NCBI RefSeq assembly: GCF_964194155.1
Contig: NC_135908.1
Location: 4,650,001 to 4,714,000 of the forward strand
From: Cetorhinus maximus
Lineage: Eukaryota
DNA: 64,000 nucleotides
Reading direction: 5' to 3'
Positions within the stretch are counted from its first letter, which is position 1. Every line of letters begins with the position of its first letter. Shown here in pieces: positions 36,546-46,541 of the stretch. The position numbers and the translations under genes are program-made. The notes under the pieces were generated by a model. It saw only the letters and a list, made by a program, of their open reading frames with translations, was not told the origin of the DNA and searched no databases.

Positions 36546-37888
36546 TGGTTAAGAAAGCATATGGGATACTTGCCTTTATTAGCTGGCATAGAATGCAAGA
36601 GCAGGGAGGTTATGTTGGAGCTGTATAAAACGCTAGTTAGGCCACAGCTAGAGTACTATGTGCAGTTCTGATCGCCACACTATAGGAAGGATGTGATTGC
36701 ACTGGAGATTCACCAGGATGTTGCCTGGGCTGGAGCGTTTCAGCTATGAAGAGAGACTGGATAGGCTAGGGTTGTTTTTCTTAGAGCAGAGAAGTCTGAG
36801 GGGGGACCTGATAGAGGTATACAAAATTATGAGGGGCAAAGATAAAGTAGATAGGAAGAAACTTTTCCCCTTAGCGGAGGTGTCAATAACCAGGGGGCAT
36901 CGATTTAAGGTAAGGTGCAGGAGGTTTAGAGGGGATTTGAGGAAAAAATTTTTCACCCAGAGTGTGGTTGGAATCTGGAACACACTGCCCAAGGGGTGGT
37001 AGAGGCCAGAACCTTCACAACGTTTAAGAAGTATTTAGATGAGCAGTTGAAACGCCATAGCATACAGGGCTACGGGCCAAGTGCTGGAAAATGGGATTAG
37101 AATAGATAGGTGCTTGATGGCTGGCACAGAGACGATGGGCCGAAGTTATGTAACTCTACGACTGTGTAGGTTAATTCAGACCAGCAATCACATACAAAGT
37201 CACTGCAAAATGAAGACAAAAATAAACACTTGTATTTATATAGCACCTATCATGACCTCAGGACATCCCAAAGTACTTCACAGTCAACTAAGTACTCCCT
37301 AAAAGTGTAGTCACTGTTGCAATGTAGAAATCTCAGCAGCCAATGTTTACACAGCAAGATTCCACAACAAACAATATTAACTAGTTTTTTTTAGAACAGT
37401 GATGTCAATTGAGACACCAAGGGCATCAGGGATAACTCCCCTGCTCCTCTTCAAAATAGCGTCCAAGGATCTTTTAAACCCGCCTGCCCCTGCAGACAGG
37501 ACCTCAGTTTAACATCTCATTCGCACCTCTCGACACTGCTACACTCCCTTGCTTTCCTGTCTACCCCCTATAAGCTTTGAATATTTTTAAGGCTGAGTTA
37601 GATTCTTGATAAACAAGGGAATCAATGACCCTGCTTCCACTGCTCTCTGGGGAAGAGCATTCCACAGACTAATGACCGTCAGACTTAAAATACTTCTGTT
37701 TATTGCCACCTTAAATGGGAGGCACCTTATTTTTAAACTATGCCTCCTAGTTCTAATCTCTCCCATTAGGGAAAACATCTTCTCAGCCTGTAAATTCCCC
37801 TCAGGATCTTATATGCTTCAATAAAATCACCTCTCATTTTTCATGATCTTGTCAAATGACAGACAAGCTCAAGGAGTCAAATGGCCTA

Positions 37889-38440
37889 TAGGAAGTATGT
37901 TAACATCAGACAGAAAGTGCAACCAAGAAATAAGACAAAGGATTGGAATGACCAAAGACACATTTCAAGAAATGGAAAAGATTATGATCAACTCAAAATT
38001 AGCCATGAAAACAAAGCCGAGAATCCTGGAATGCTACATCACACCAATTTTGACACACGGAAGAGTGTGTCGGATGACCAGTGAACCAATGCAGAGAAGA
38101 ATTGAGGCTGCACAGTTGTGTCTACTCATGGTCCTAATTCATATGTTCGTATGGCTTTTGAGGCAAATAATGATGATATCTTGGACAAGCCACAAGAGGT
38201 GCTAGTAAAATCTGAGACCAAAAGAACTCTGCTGACCAAGATCAGGAAGAAACAGTTGGAGCTCCTTGGGCACATAATAAGAAATCATGATTTAGAAAGT
38301 CTGAAGCTGATGGGAACGATCGATGGGAGAAGAGATCAGGGTAGACAAAGAACGACACTTTTTGAGAGCGCCTCACAAACTGGATGAATGTACCGCCAAC
38401 AAAGATGATCCACGCCTGGAGAGCATGATTAACGTGGAAG
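37889..38440 (+). mobile_element. RTE-clade LINE 3' fragment
   Basis: GSMLTSDRKCNQEIRQRIGMTKDTF...TKPRILECYITPILTHG...EAAQL/WLLRQIMMISWT...IRKKQLELLGHIIR...GTIDGRRDQGRQR, typical RTE ORF C-terminal motifs. Confidence 0.8.
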
Positions 38441-38686
38441 CCCACGGTTTCGAACACCCTCACAGGGCATCCACCCTGCCAGCCTAGACTTTTGTGCTCA
38501 AGTCTCTGGAGGGGGACTTCAGCCCCCCCCCTAGCCTTTTGACTCAGGCGGAGAGAATACAATCAAGTTGCCAAGTTAAAATTTGCTATGTTAGAAAGGT
38601 TAACACTGCAAAAATTGCATGGATGCAGCAGGAAAAGTGAGGGGGGGGGGGGTTGCAGATGTCTCTGTAGCTCTGCTTTGGGATTG

Positions 38687-39121
38687 CCTGGTGCTGCTAA
38701 GTGGCCCTGGTGCTGCTGGTGGCCCTGGTGCTGCTAAGTGGCCCTGGTGCTGCTAATGGCCCTGGTGCTGCTGGTGGCCCTGGTGCTGCTGGTGGCCCTG
38801 GTGCTGCTAATGGCCCTGGTGCTGCTGGTGGCCCTGGTGCTGCTGGTGGCCCTGGTGCTGCTGGTGGCCCTGGTGCTGCTAAGTGGCCCTGGTGCTGCTA
38901 AGTGGCCCTGGTGCTGCTGGTGGCCCTGGTGCTGCTAAGTGGCCCTGGTGCTGCTAAGTGGCCCTGGTGCTGCTAAGTGGCCCTGGTGCTGCTAAGTGGC
39001 CCTGGTGCTGCTGGTGGCCCTGGTGCTGCTGGTGGCCCTGGTGCTGCTAAGTGGCCCTGGTGCTGCTAAGTGGCCCTGGTGCTGCTGGTGGCCCTGGTGC
39101 TGCTGTGGCCCTGGTGCTGCT
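38687..39121. repeat. 18/19-bp minisatellite (gtggccctggtgctgctg / gtggccctggtgctgctaa) in MPI intron 1
   Basis: About 23-24 tandem units directly visible. Confidence 0.96.
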
Positions 39122-39260
39122 GATGTGACCGTTCAGAAGTCACAACACGCAGTCCTCGCTCATCCCCGAATAACCGTTACCGAACACTCCAGCCTGCAGC
39201 TACCTCGGTACCACAAACGGCCATCACCCGGTGTCGCCGTTCCCCTGACTGGAATCTCAC

Positions 39261-39276
39261 CTCTCACCGCCGCCAT
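39261..39276 (-). CDS. MPI: MPI coding exon 1
   Basis: GGGGACG ATG GCG GCG GTG AGA G|gtgaga; 16 coding nt (MAAVR plus G, phase 1) joins exon 2 to give MAAVRVFPLKC; good Kozak context in a CpG island. Confidence 0.9.
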
Positions 39277-39385
39277 CGTCCCCGCTCAGCTTGGCCGTGC
39301 GCCTGCGCGTTGCATCGCGCCGGCAGGCGAGGACCACGTGACGTGCGTGGCCGCGGTGCCCGCCGGGAGTTGTAGTCCTCAGTCT
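39277..39385 (-). promoter_or_regulatory. MPI proximal promoter with NRF1, E-box and ZNF143-type motifs
   Basis: tgcgcctgcgcg at 39298-39309 (NRF1-like); CACGTG at 39335-39340 within minus-strand GTCACGTGG; minus-strand ACTACAACTCCCGGCGGGCA at 39357-39376 (ZNF143/THAP11 ACTACAnnTCCC motif). Confidence 0.65.
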
Positions 39386-39408
39386 GAAGTGAGGCTGGCT
39401 CTGGATGT

Positions 39409-39544
39409 TGAAGGGTCATAAGGACTCGAAACGTTAACTGTGCTCTTCTCCACCAATGCTGCCAGACCTGCTGAGTTTTTCTAGGTATTTCTGTTTCTGT
39501 TTTTGTTTTGGATTTCCAGCATCCGCAGTTCTTTGCTTTTATTT
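39409..39544 (+). mobile_element. 136-bp Penelope-like micro-insertion in the MPI/SCAMP2 intergenic region
   Basis: Starts inside the hammerhead core (tgaagggtcataaggactcgaaacgttaactg) and ends catccgcagttctttgcttttattt; exact 14-bp TSD ctggctctggatgt at 39395-39408 and 39545-39558. Confidence 0.85.
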
Positions 39545-40679
39545 CTGGCTCTGGATGTAATTGCAGTTTGAATTGATATGTAGTGTTGTTGGTGCTTTCA
39601 TATAAGATTCTGGCGTAGAGGTCCTCTGTCAGTGTCCATGAATCGGCTTTCCACTTGCCCCGTCTAATTTTATATTGTTGAAAGAAAATAAAACATTTAT
39701 TTAATCTACCACATCCTCAGGACATCCTAAGTCACTGCCCTTCCAATGAGCCTTTATGAAATGCCACATATGCTATGTAGGCAAACATGACACACAATCT
39801 ATGCACAATAAAGTACCACAAATAATAAATGACCAGCTTTTTTAGGGAGAAATGTTGGTTAGAACATTAAGAGGACTCATTGGTTTTTTTTTCTCTGATT
39901 AGTGTTTTTAATATCCACCTGAACAGGCTGACAGCCTTTTGATATAACTTCTCATCTGAAAGTTAGTATCACTCGATGATGCAGCTTTCTTTTAGAAAGC
40001 TACTGTTTGGGGCCATGTGGCCTCCTTCTGCGCTGTAAATTTCCATAATTCTACGATATATGTCAGCTTGGGTTATGTCTTATGTGCTTGAATTCAGGAG
40101 TGCAGCCTGTCCACACAAACTTCTGAACAGCTAAGAAATAAAGGCACACATGTTCTGAGGAAAGGTCGTCAACCTTAAACGTTAATTTTTGCAGATTTTT
40201 TTTAGTCACTATTTGATGGGATGAGTGTCACTGTGTCAGTGCCAAGGCCAGCATTTGTTGCTCACACCTAATTGCCCCATTTGAGAAGCTGGTGGCGAGC
40301 CGCTTTCTTGAACGGCTGCAATCCACCCAGATGCTTGCTCCCAGACATTTCCAGCATTTTATGTTATTATTTCAGCTTTCTAGCATCTGCAGTATTTTGC
40401 TTTTGGGTGAGGTATGTGTTGAGTTTGATTTTCTAAATACGCTAAAAATGTTTATATTGTGTTGACGAGGGGTGTCATTCCGGATCTGACTATTCTGACT
40501 GCTCGAAGTGACTTTAAATCTTCAAGACCCATCTTTGGGTTGTTTCCATTTATAAGCTTTTCATTATCATGACTACCACATCAGCAGGTCATGTCTGGTT
40601 CAGCCGGCAGCTAAGAACATAAACGTGCCAAACTACGGATTTTAGTCCGTGATGCCGACACAAAAACAAAGCAGAAACT

Positions 40680-40985
40680 GAAGGTTGAACGGCGTCGCAA
40701 ACTTTCCGCGAACTTTTCCAAAGTTTCTATTCAAAAAGTGTAAAAAAAAGTTCTAGCCCTAGCGATTGTGATTGGGGGGTCCGGTGACGTCATCGCGCCG
40801 GCGCCCCGCCTTTGTCCTTTGTGACGTCACAGCCGGAGGTTGGCGGTTGGCTGGCAACGGCGAGCTGTTATTCGCGCGTGCGCTGTTCCACTCGCCTCCG
40901 GTCGGTTGGCAGAAGGAAGTGAGAGCGAGCGGCTGAAGGAGGGGGGGGTGGGAAAGTGAAGCCGCTTATAAACTTTAATTTAATA
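40680..40985 (+). promoter_or_regulatory. SCAMP2 CpG-island promoter and 5' UTR
   Basis: Two full CRE palindromes TGACGTCA (40785-40792, 40822-40829), ATTGG at 40771-40775, GC box at 40804-40810; CpG-rich through about 41290. Confidence 0.7.
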
Positions 40986-41042
40986 ATGTCGGAATTTGAC
41001 GCTAATCCGTTCGCGGACCCGGTGGATATCAATCCCTTTCAG
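40986..41042 (+). CDS. SCAMP2: Secretory carrier-associated membrane protein 2, exon 1
   Basis: 57 nt, MSEFDANPFADPVDINPFQ|gtaaaa; two NPF repeats, close to the SCAMP2 N-terminus; head-to-head with MPI. Confidence 0.94.
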
Positions 41043-42688
41043 GTAAAAGAAAAAAACCCAAAACGTCTTTAATTCGGTCGTTGTTGGGGGTAGGGGGGGA
41101 TGGGAAGAGTAAACAAATAATTTGGGTGGGCCCCACAAAGGCCGAGGCGCATTCCTAAATCAACCGAACCTGCTTGGTGGCTGATTGACGTGCGGCGCGA
41201 CCAATCAGAGAGCCCGGGGCGTTCATTCTCCGCCATTCAGCGCCCAGCAAGGGCGGGGAGAAAGCATCAAGTTCAGCTGCAGGCGCACGGTCCTTCTGCT
41301 TCCTTGTCTTTAACTTAATGGTGTCACAAAAGTCACTGGAAAATACAGCATCTGAGACTCTTTTCTTAAATTATTCCCTGGAAAATATTTGTTTGAAAGT
41401 TTTCAGTGACGTGCCTGGCAGGGTTGGGCACAAGGTTCTGCTGGAAGCAGGTGCAGCTCATTCCTTAGCAAAGGTCATCACGTTACAAGCTACTGCCCAC
41501 ACCCATCTCAATTGTTATTGTGGTTTTATTTCTACTTTAAATCCAGAGTTAATCGCCATAAGAAAATCTTAAAGCATCAGTTGCACAATTGGTTCACCAG
41601 ACTCACTTTAGTCATTGTTTATGTTGGAGTTACTTGGGTTTTAAAAACAGGCCATTTGGTCTAAGGGATTTCACTGGCCTCCCACTACTAATCAACTAAC
41701 CTTATCAGTACTTTTTTTTCTATTCATTCTTGGGCTGTGAGTTTCGCTGGCAAGACCAGCATTCATTACCCATCCCTAATTGTGACCAGCATTCATTACC
41801 CATCCCTAATTACCCTTGAGCAAGTGATAGTGAACTGCCTTCTTGAACTGCTGCAGTCCATCTTGTGCTGTTGGGGAGGATGTTCCAGGCTTTTGATCCT
41901 GCAACAGCGATGGGGCAATGATAAAATTCCAAGTCCTGATGTTGTGTGGCATAATGGTGTACCCATGCATCTGCTTGTCCTTCCAGATACTAGAGGTCAT
42001 GAGTTTGGAAGATGCTATTGAAGGAACCTTGGTGAATTGTTGCAGTGCATCTTGTAGATGGTACACACTGCTGTTACTGTGCGCTGGTGGTGGAGGGAGT
42101 GAATGTTTCAGGTGGTGACTGGGGTGCTGATCAAGTGTGCTGCTTTGTTTTGGACCCCTCTATCCTTTATGGATCATTTACATATCCAGCCCTTCCTTAA
42201 ATCCATCAATGCTATTTGCCTCAAAAGCACCTATTGGTAACAAGTTTCACAACCTAAGCACTCTCTGCGTAAAGATGTTTCTGCTGAATTCCTGTTTGGA
42301 TTTTTTTAGTCATGTTTTTAAAGGCCTCTAATTTTGGACTCACCTCCAAGTGAAAACATTTCTGCCTACCCTATCAAACCTATTGTTTTAAAAACTTCTA
42401 TTAGGTCACCCTTAGAAAAAAAAGCCCCAGTCTGTGTAAGATTTCCCTGATAGCAGAACTGAGGCATTATAACTACCATCCTTGTCAATCTTTTTTGCAC
42501 CTTCTGAAGACCAGGATAGTTCATGGTACTAAGTGTGGTCTAACCAAGGTTTGATAGGAGTTTAACACAATCTCCCTGCTTTTCAATACTGTTTATCTGT
42601 TTAGATAGGATTTGGTGGAAATCTGGTAAAATTTGATGTGTGGGGCAGCCTGACACATCCAATTTTATAGCTTCAGTTAATTTACAGA

Positions 42689-43067
42689 TTTTTAAAAATT
42701 CATTCATGGGCTGTGGACATCACTGGCTAGGCCAGCATTTATTGCCCATCCCTAATTACCCTTGTTCAGAGGGCATTTAAGAGTCAACCGCATTGCTGTG
42801 GGTCTGGAGTCACTTGTAGGCCAGACCAGTGACTCCAGACCAAATGAAGGACGGCAGATTTCCTTCCCTAAAGGACATTAGTGAACCAGATGGGTTTTTA
42901 CAACAATCGACAATGGTTTTATGGTCAACATCAGACTTTTAAATTCCAGATTTTTATTAAATTCAAATTCCACCATCTGCCGTGGCGGGATTCAAACCCG
43001 GGAACCCAGAACATTACCCAGGTCTCTGAATTATTAGTCCAGTGACAATACCACTATGCCATCGCCT
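42689..43067 (-). mobile_element. LF-SINE-like SINE
   Basis: Same head, body and tail as 14340-14742 (ggctaggccagcatttattgcccatccctaatt...gggattcaaacccggg...ccactatgcc). Confidence 0.7.
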
Positions 43068-45999
43068 CTAGAATATCCTGGCCAAGGATAGAGAATATTC
43101 TTTTTAGAAATAATCATGGAAAAATAACTATTTAGATTTGAAGAAGGTAAAAACAAAAAAAAATGCTGGATGACTCAGTAGGTTAGGCAGTTATCTGTGT
43201 AGTGCGAAAAGGTTAATGTTTCAGCTTCCTTACCTTTCATCAGCTAAAATATCTAGCTTGGTCCTGCAGAATTGAAACAAGAATTTACCATCTCAATTTG
43301 GACCATAGACTGTCAGTGTGGAATTTATCATACAACTCCCATGTTATTGCACAATAATGTTTCTGGAAAGGATAGTTTGATGCAGCTTTGTGTGGTGGAG
43401 ATTGGAAATAGGGACAGTTTTAAAGTATCCTTAGCGCAAGCATGCTGAAGTAGGCAGAATTGAAAATATAAGCTGGCTGAGCTTTGATGGAGAAAAGCAC
43501 CTGCAATGTTTTAATAACATAAACATTGTATATATTTTTTAAATTTTTCTTTCACTGGATTTGGGTATTGCTGGCTAGGCCAGCATTTATTGCCCATTGT
43601 TAATTGCCCTTGAGAAGGTGGAGGTAAGCTGCCGCCTTGAGCTACTGCAATTGACTCATTGAATGCGGGAGGGTAAAATTATAAAGTTTATTTCATGTAT
43701 TTTTATAAATGAAAGCTAGACGTCAGGTAATGGTAAATCAGCCGTTTGGTGTGTCAAAGGCCCACATAACGGTTTTTCAGCTTGATGTGTGCTTGTTTTA
43801 ATTATGGATCATGTTTTTGTTTTTAAAAATATACGCTTTCTATGTTAGGTTTATTGATTTATACTGTATGGCAACAGCACCAATTTCAAGAAACTTGAAG
43901 TTAGGCATTAAGGAGCATCTGAAAGGGGGGCGAGGAGGGGTGAGAGGTAAACATGTGAATGACCTTAGGAAGGGAATTTGAGTCCATGGCCCAGAGAGCT
44001 TAAGGCAGAACTGCCAGTGGTAGAGCAATTACAAGTGGGGATGTGCAAGAGGCAGAATTGGAGGAGCACAAAGATCCTGGAGGGCTGGAGGAAAGGGGGT
44101 GGGGGGCGTACGGGTGAGGAAACCAGGATGAGAATTTTAAAATTGAGGTGTTGCCGGACCAGGAGCCATATCTATATATATCAGCGAGTACAAGGTAATG
44201 GTGAACCAGACTTGGTGCAAGTTAGAATATAGGCAGCAGAGTTTTGGTTGAGTTAAAATTAATGAAGGGTTTAAGATGGGGAGGCCAACCAGGCAGTGAG
44301 ATGAATAGCAATTTGACGCTACACGCTTGGATGAGTGTGACATGTGACAGTGTTGATGGCAACTTACTTGGATTAAAGAATAGTTTGTTAAGCAAGAGTA
44401 AAACTGAAAGGATAGTCCAGCCAAGAATGAAAATGTGAGGGGGTGCATGTTAAAAAGTTATTCCATGTGCAATAGATCAGGTTCCCCACTAAAATGATGT
44501 CCCAGTTTCTGCAAATTTTAATTTCCCTACTTCACTTTGAATCTAGTGCCTAGAATGCACATATATTTGTTCCTTTTGATTTAGTTGCATATTTTCTTAA
44601 GCTTTGGTGCAGTTGGAGTTCCTGCACATTATCAACTCATAAAAGGTGTGGGTGTATTTGTATGATCTGAGATTGAAATTCTGACGATGCAAGTATGAAG
44701 TAAATGAAAATACAGCAATTCTAAATAATTTTAAAGGCAGGATACTGTTTTCTATCTTAATTCCGAGCTCTTCCAATACAGCTTTGTTAAATTTTGCTTT
44801 CCTTAATTTCAATAAGTTTTTTAACAAGTAATAAGATCTGACTTTCAAAGCAAGTTATTCAGAGAATACAAGTTTGACCAGTTAAATTCCATGAATTTTA
44901 GTCACTTTAACTGATGTCTTCACTCCATGTTGCAATATGCACAGAAATCCTGTTGTTCAGAAAGTCTCAGGCAACACTCGTATACACCTTAAGTCCATTT
45001 TAATGGGTGGTTCCTTTCCAGCCCTATAGTGAATATCCTGCTCTGCATCATTATTTACAGAGGAACAATCATCAAAATGTGACTCCATGAAAGAATTAAT
45101 CTAGCATTTGATTTATTTTTGATGTGATGCTATATGTAGCTTAATTTTATTTTATGCTTATTTTCACTTATTCCCCAATCATTTTTGCCTTTTCTAGTAG
45201 TCACATAAAGAAAAGAAAGGCTTGTATTTATTTGGAGTTTTCACAGCCACAGTCATCTCAAAGCACCCCCAGTAATGCACTGGAGTGTCAGCCTTGATTT
45301 TTTTTTTGTGTTCAAGTCCTGGAGTGGGACTTGAACCAAATGCTGGGATATGGTTTCAGGTCCAATGGCAGAGGCCCTCTGCTAACTTGCCCCAATGTAA
45401 AATATTAAGTTTCACTGTGCAGAACTGAAGCAAGTATTTGCCAACGCTGTTGGGGCAGTCTGTGGGTGTGATTTTTGTCACAGCACTGCTACGTTCTTGC
45501 ACCATTAATATAGTTTCTGACTATTCATCACGTGAATCTGAACAGAGCATTATGGTGACCTATTTAATCATGGCCAGATTTATTATTCTTGCCTGATGTT
45601 TGCTGATAACCAGTTGCCACTGCTTGAAGTTTAACGATTATTTTTTATTCTATTTTTTCTGTTCCTTATTCTCTTTCCCTTCCTCCTACCTTTCTCACAC
45701 CAACAATCCAGTTGAGTCCCATTGAAGCCTCCAGCTCAGGTTGCCTGATTCAGTGCAGAGCAGGTGCAGAACCTATGACCTTTGGCTCAGTGCCAAACCA
45801 TGTGATGCATTTATTCGCTGAGCCATAACTTTAAGTAAACTGAAGAAGTAAATATGTTGTCACGAAGTGTACCATGTTAGATGTTCTGTTTGCACATAAC
45901 ACCTACCTCCTTTTATTCAAAAGTAAATCTTCATTAAGGAGCTTCTCTGTCTAGGTTCAAAGGAAGTAAGTTAATGTGGAGGAGAGGAGAAGCATACTT

Positions 46000-46345
46000 T
46001 TTTCCAAAAATATTCTTTATTCATAAAATTTGTAAAAGTGCATAACATAACAGTTCAGATTTGACATTTTAAGTGCAATACAGATCAGTTTCTTTCAATA
46101 CAATACAGTGCCTCACTTTGCTTGCCATTACAGGTTATATTTGCAATGTACATTTACATTTTATGTCAAACATTCTGGTGCATACAGCCCAAGTGGTTTT
46201 ACCCGGTTTCCAGTCCCTTGGTATACTATTTCAAAAGGGCCTGCTTAGACAGTGACTCCTCATTGAACTTTTGCAGCGGCTGCCCCAAGCTTTTGTGCAT
46301 CCCTCAGCACGTAGTCCTGGATCTTGGAATGTGCCAGTCTGCAAG
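46000..46345 (-). mobile_element. Tx1/L1-clade non-LTR retrotransposon 3' end
   Basis: Minus strand CRLAHSKIQDYVLRDAQKLGAAAAKVQ, then a 3' UTR with AATAAA and an A-rich tail; recognised from memory as a Tx1-like ORF2 terminus. Confidence 0.55.
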
Positions 46346-46377
46346 AATGTGCTAGGAGGCAAGGTAATCCTTGCTAA

Positions 46378-46541
46378 GATGAAAACAAAATACTGTAAAT
46401 GCTGGAAATCTGAAATATAAACAAAGAAGACTGGGAAAACTCAGCAGGCCTGGCAGCATCTGTGGCGAGAGAAACAGAGTTAACATTTCGAGTCTGTATA
46501 ACTCTCTCATCAGATGCTTCCAGACCTAATGAGTTTTTCCA
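46378..46541. mobile_element. 164-bp Penelope-like inverted-tail insertion
   Basis: Minus arm runs to CTGATGA-gagagttatacagactc-GAAATGTT; short plus arm cagatgcttccagacctaatgagtttttcca; exact 14-bp TSD gtaatccttgctaa at 46364-46377 and 46542-46555. Confidence 0.82.

Larger units (their letters stand above)
34600..37145 (+). mobile_element. 5'-truncated CR1 LINE (RT C-terminal half and 3' end), split by the Penelope palindrome
   Basis: PQGSVLGLLLFVVYINYLD...ISKFADDTKIGG...WQMDFNPEKCEVMHFG...QVDKVVKKA before 35090; resumes after 36559 with YGILAFI...RFTRMLPGL...LRGDLIEVYKIMRG...GIWNTLP. Confidence 0.92.

Noticed and set aside
38701-39421. GPGAAG silk/elastin-like and LVALVL ORFs; also GCTGGTGG Chi-like words and a superficial CRISPR-like look
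   Set aside because: Intronic minisatellite with frameshifting 19-bp units, no unique spacers and no cas genes; Chi has no established meaning in a vertebrate intron.
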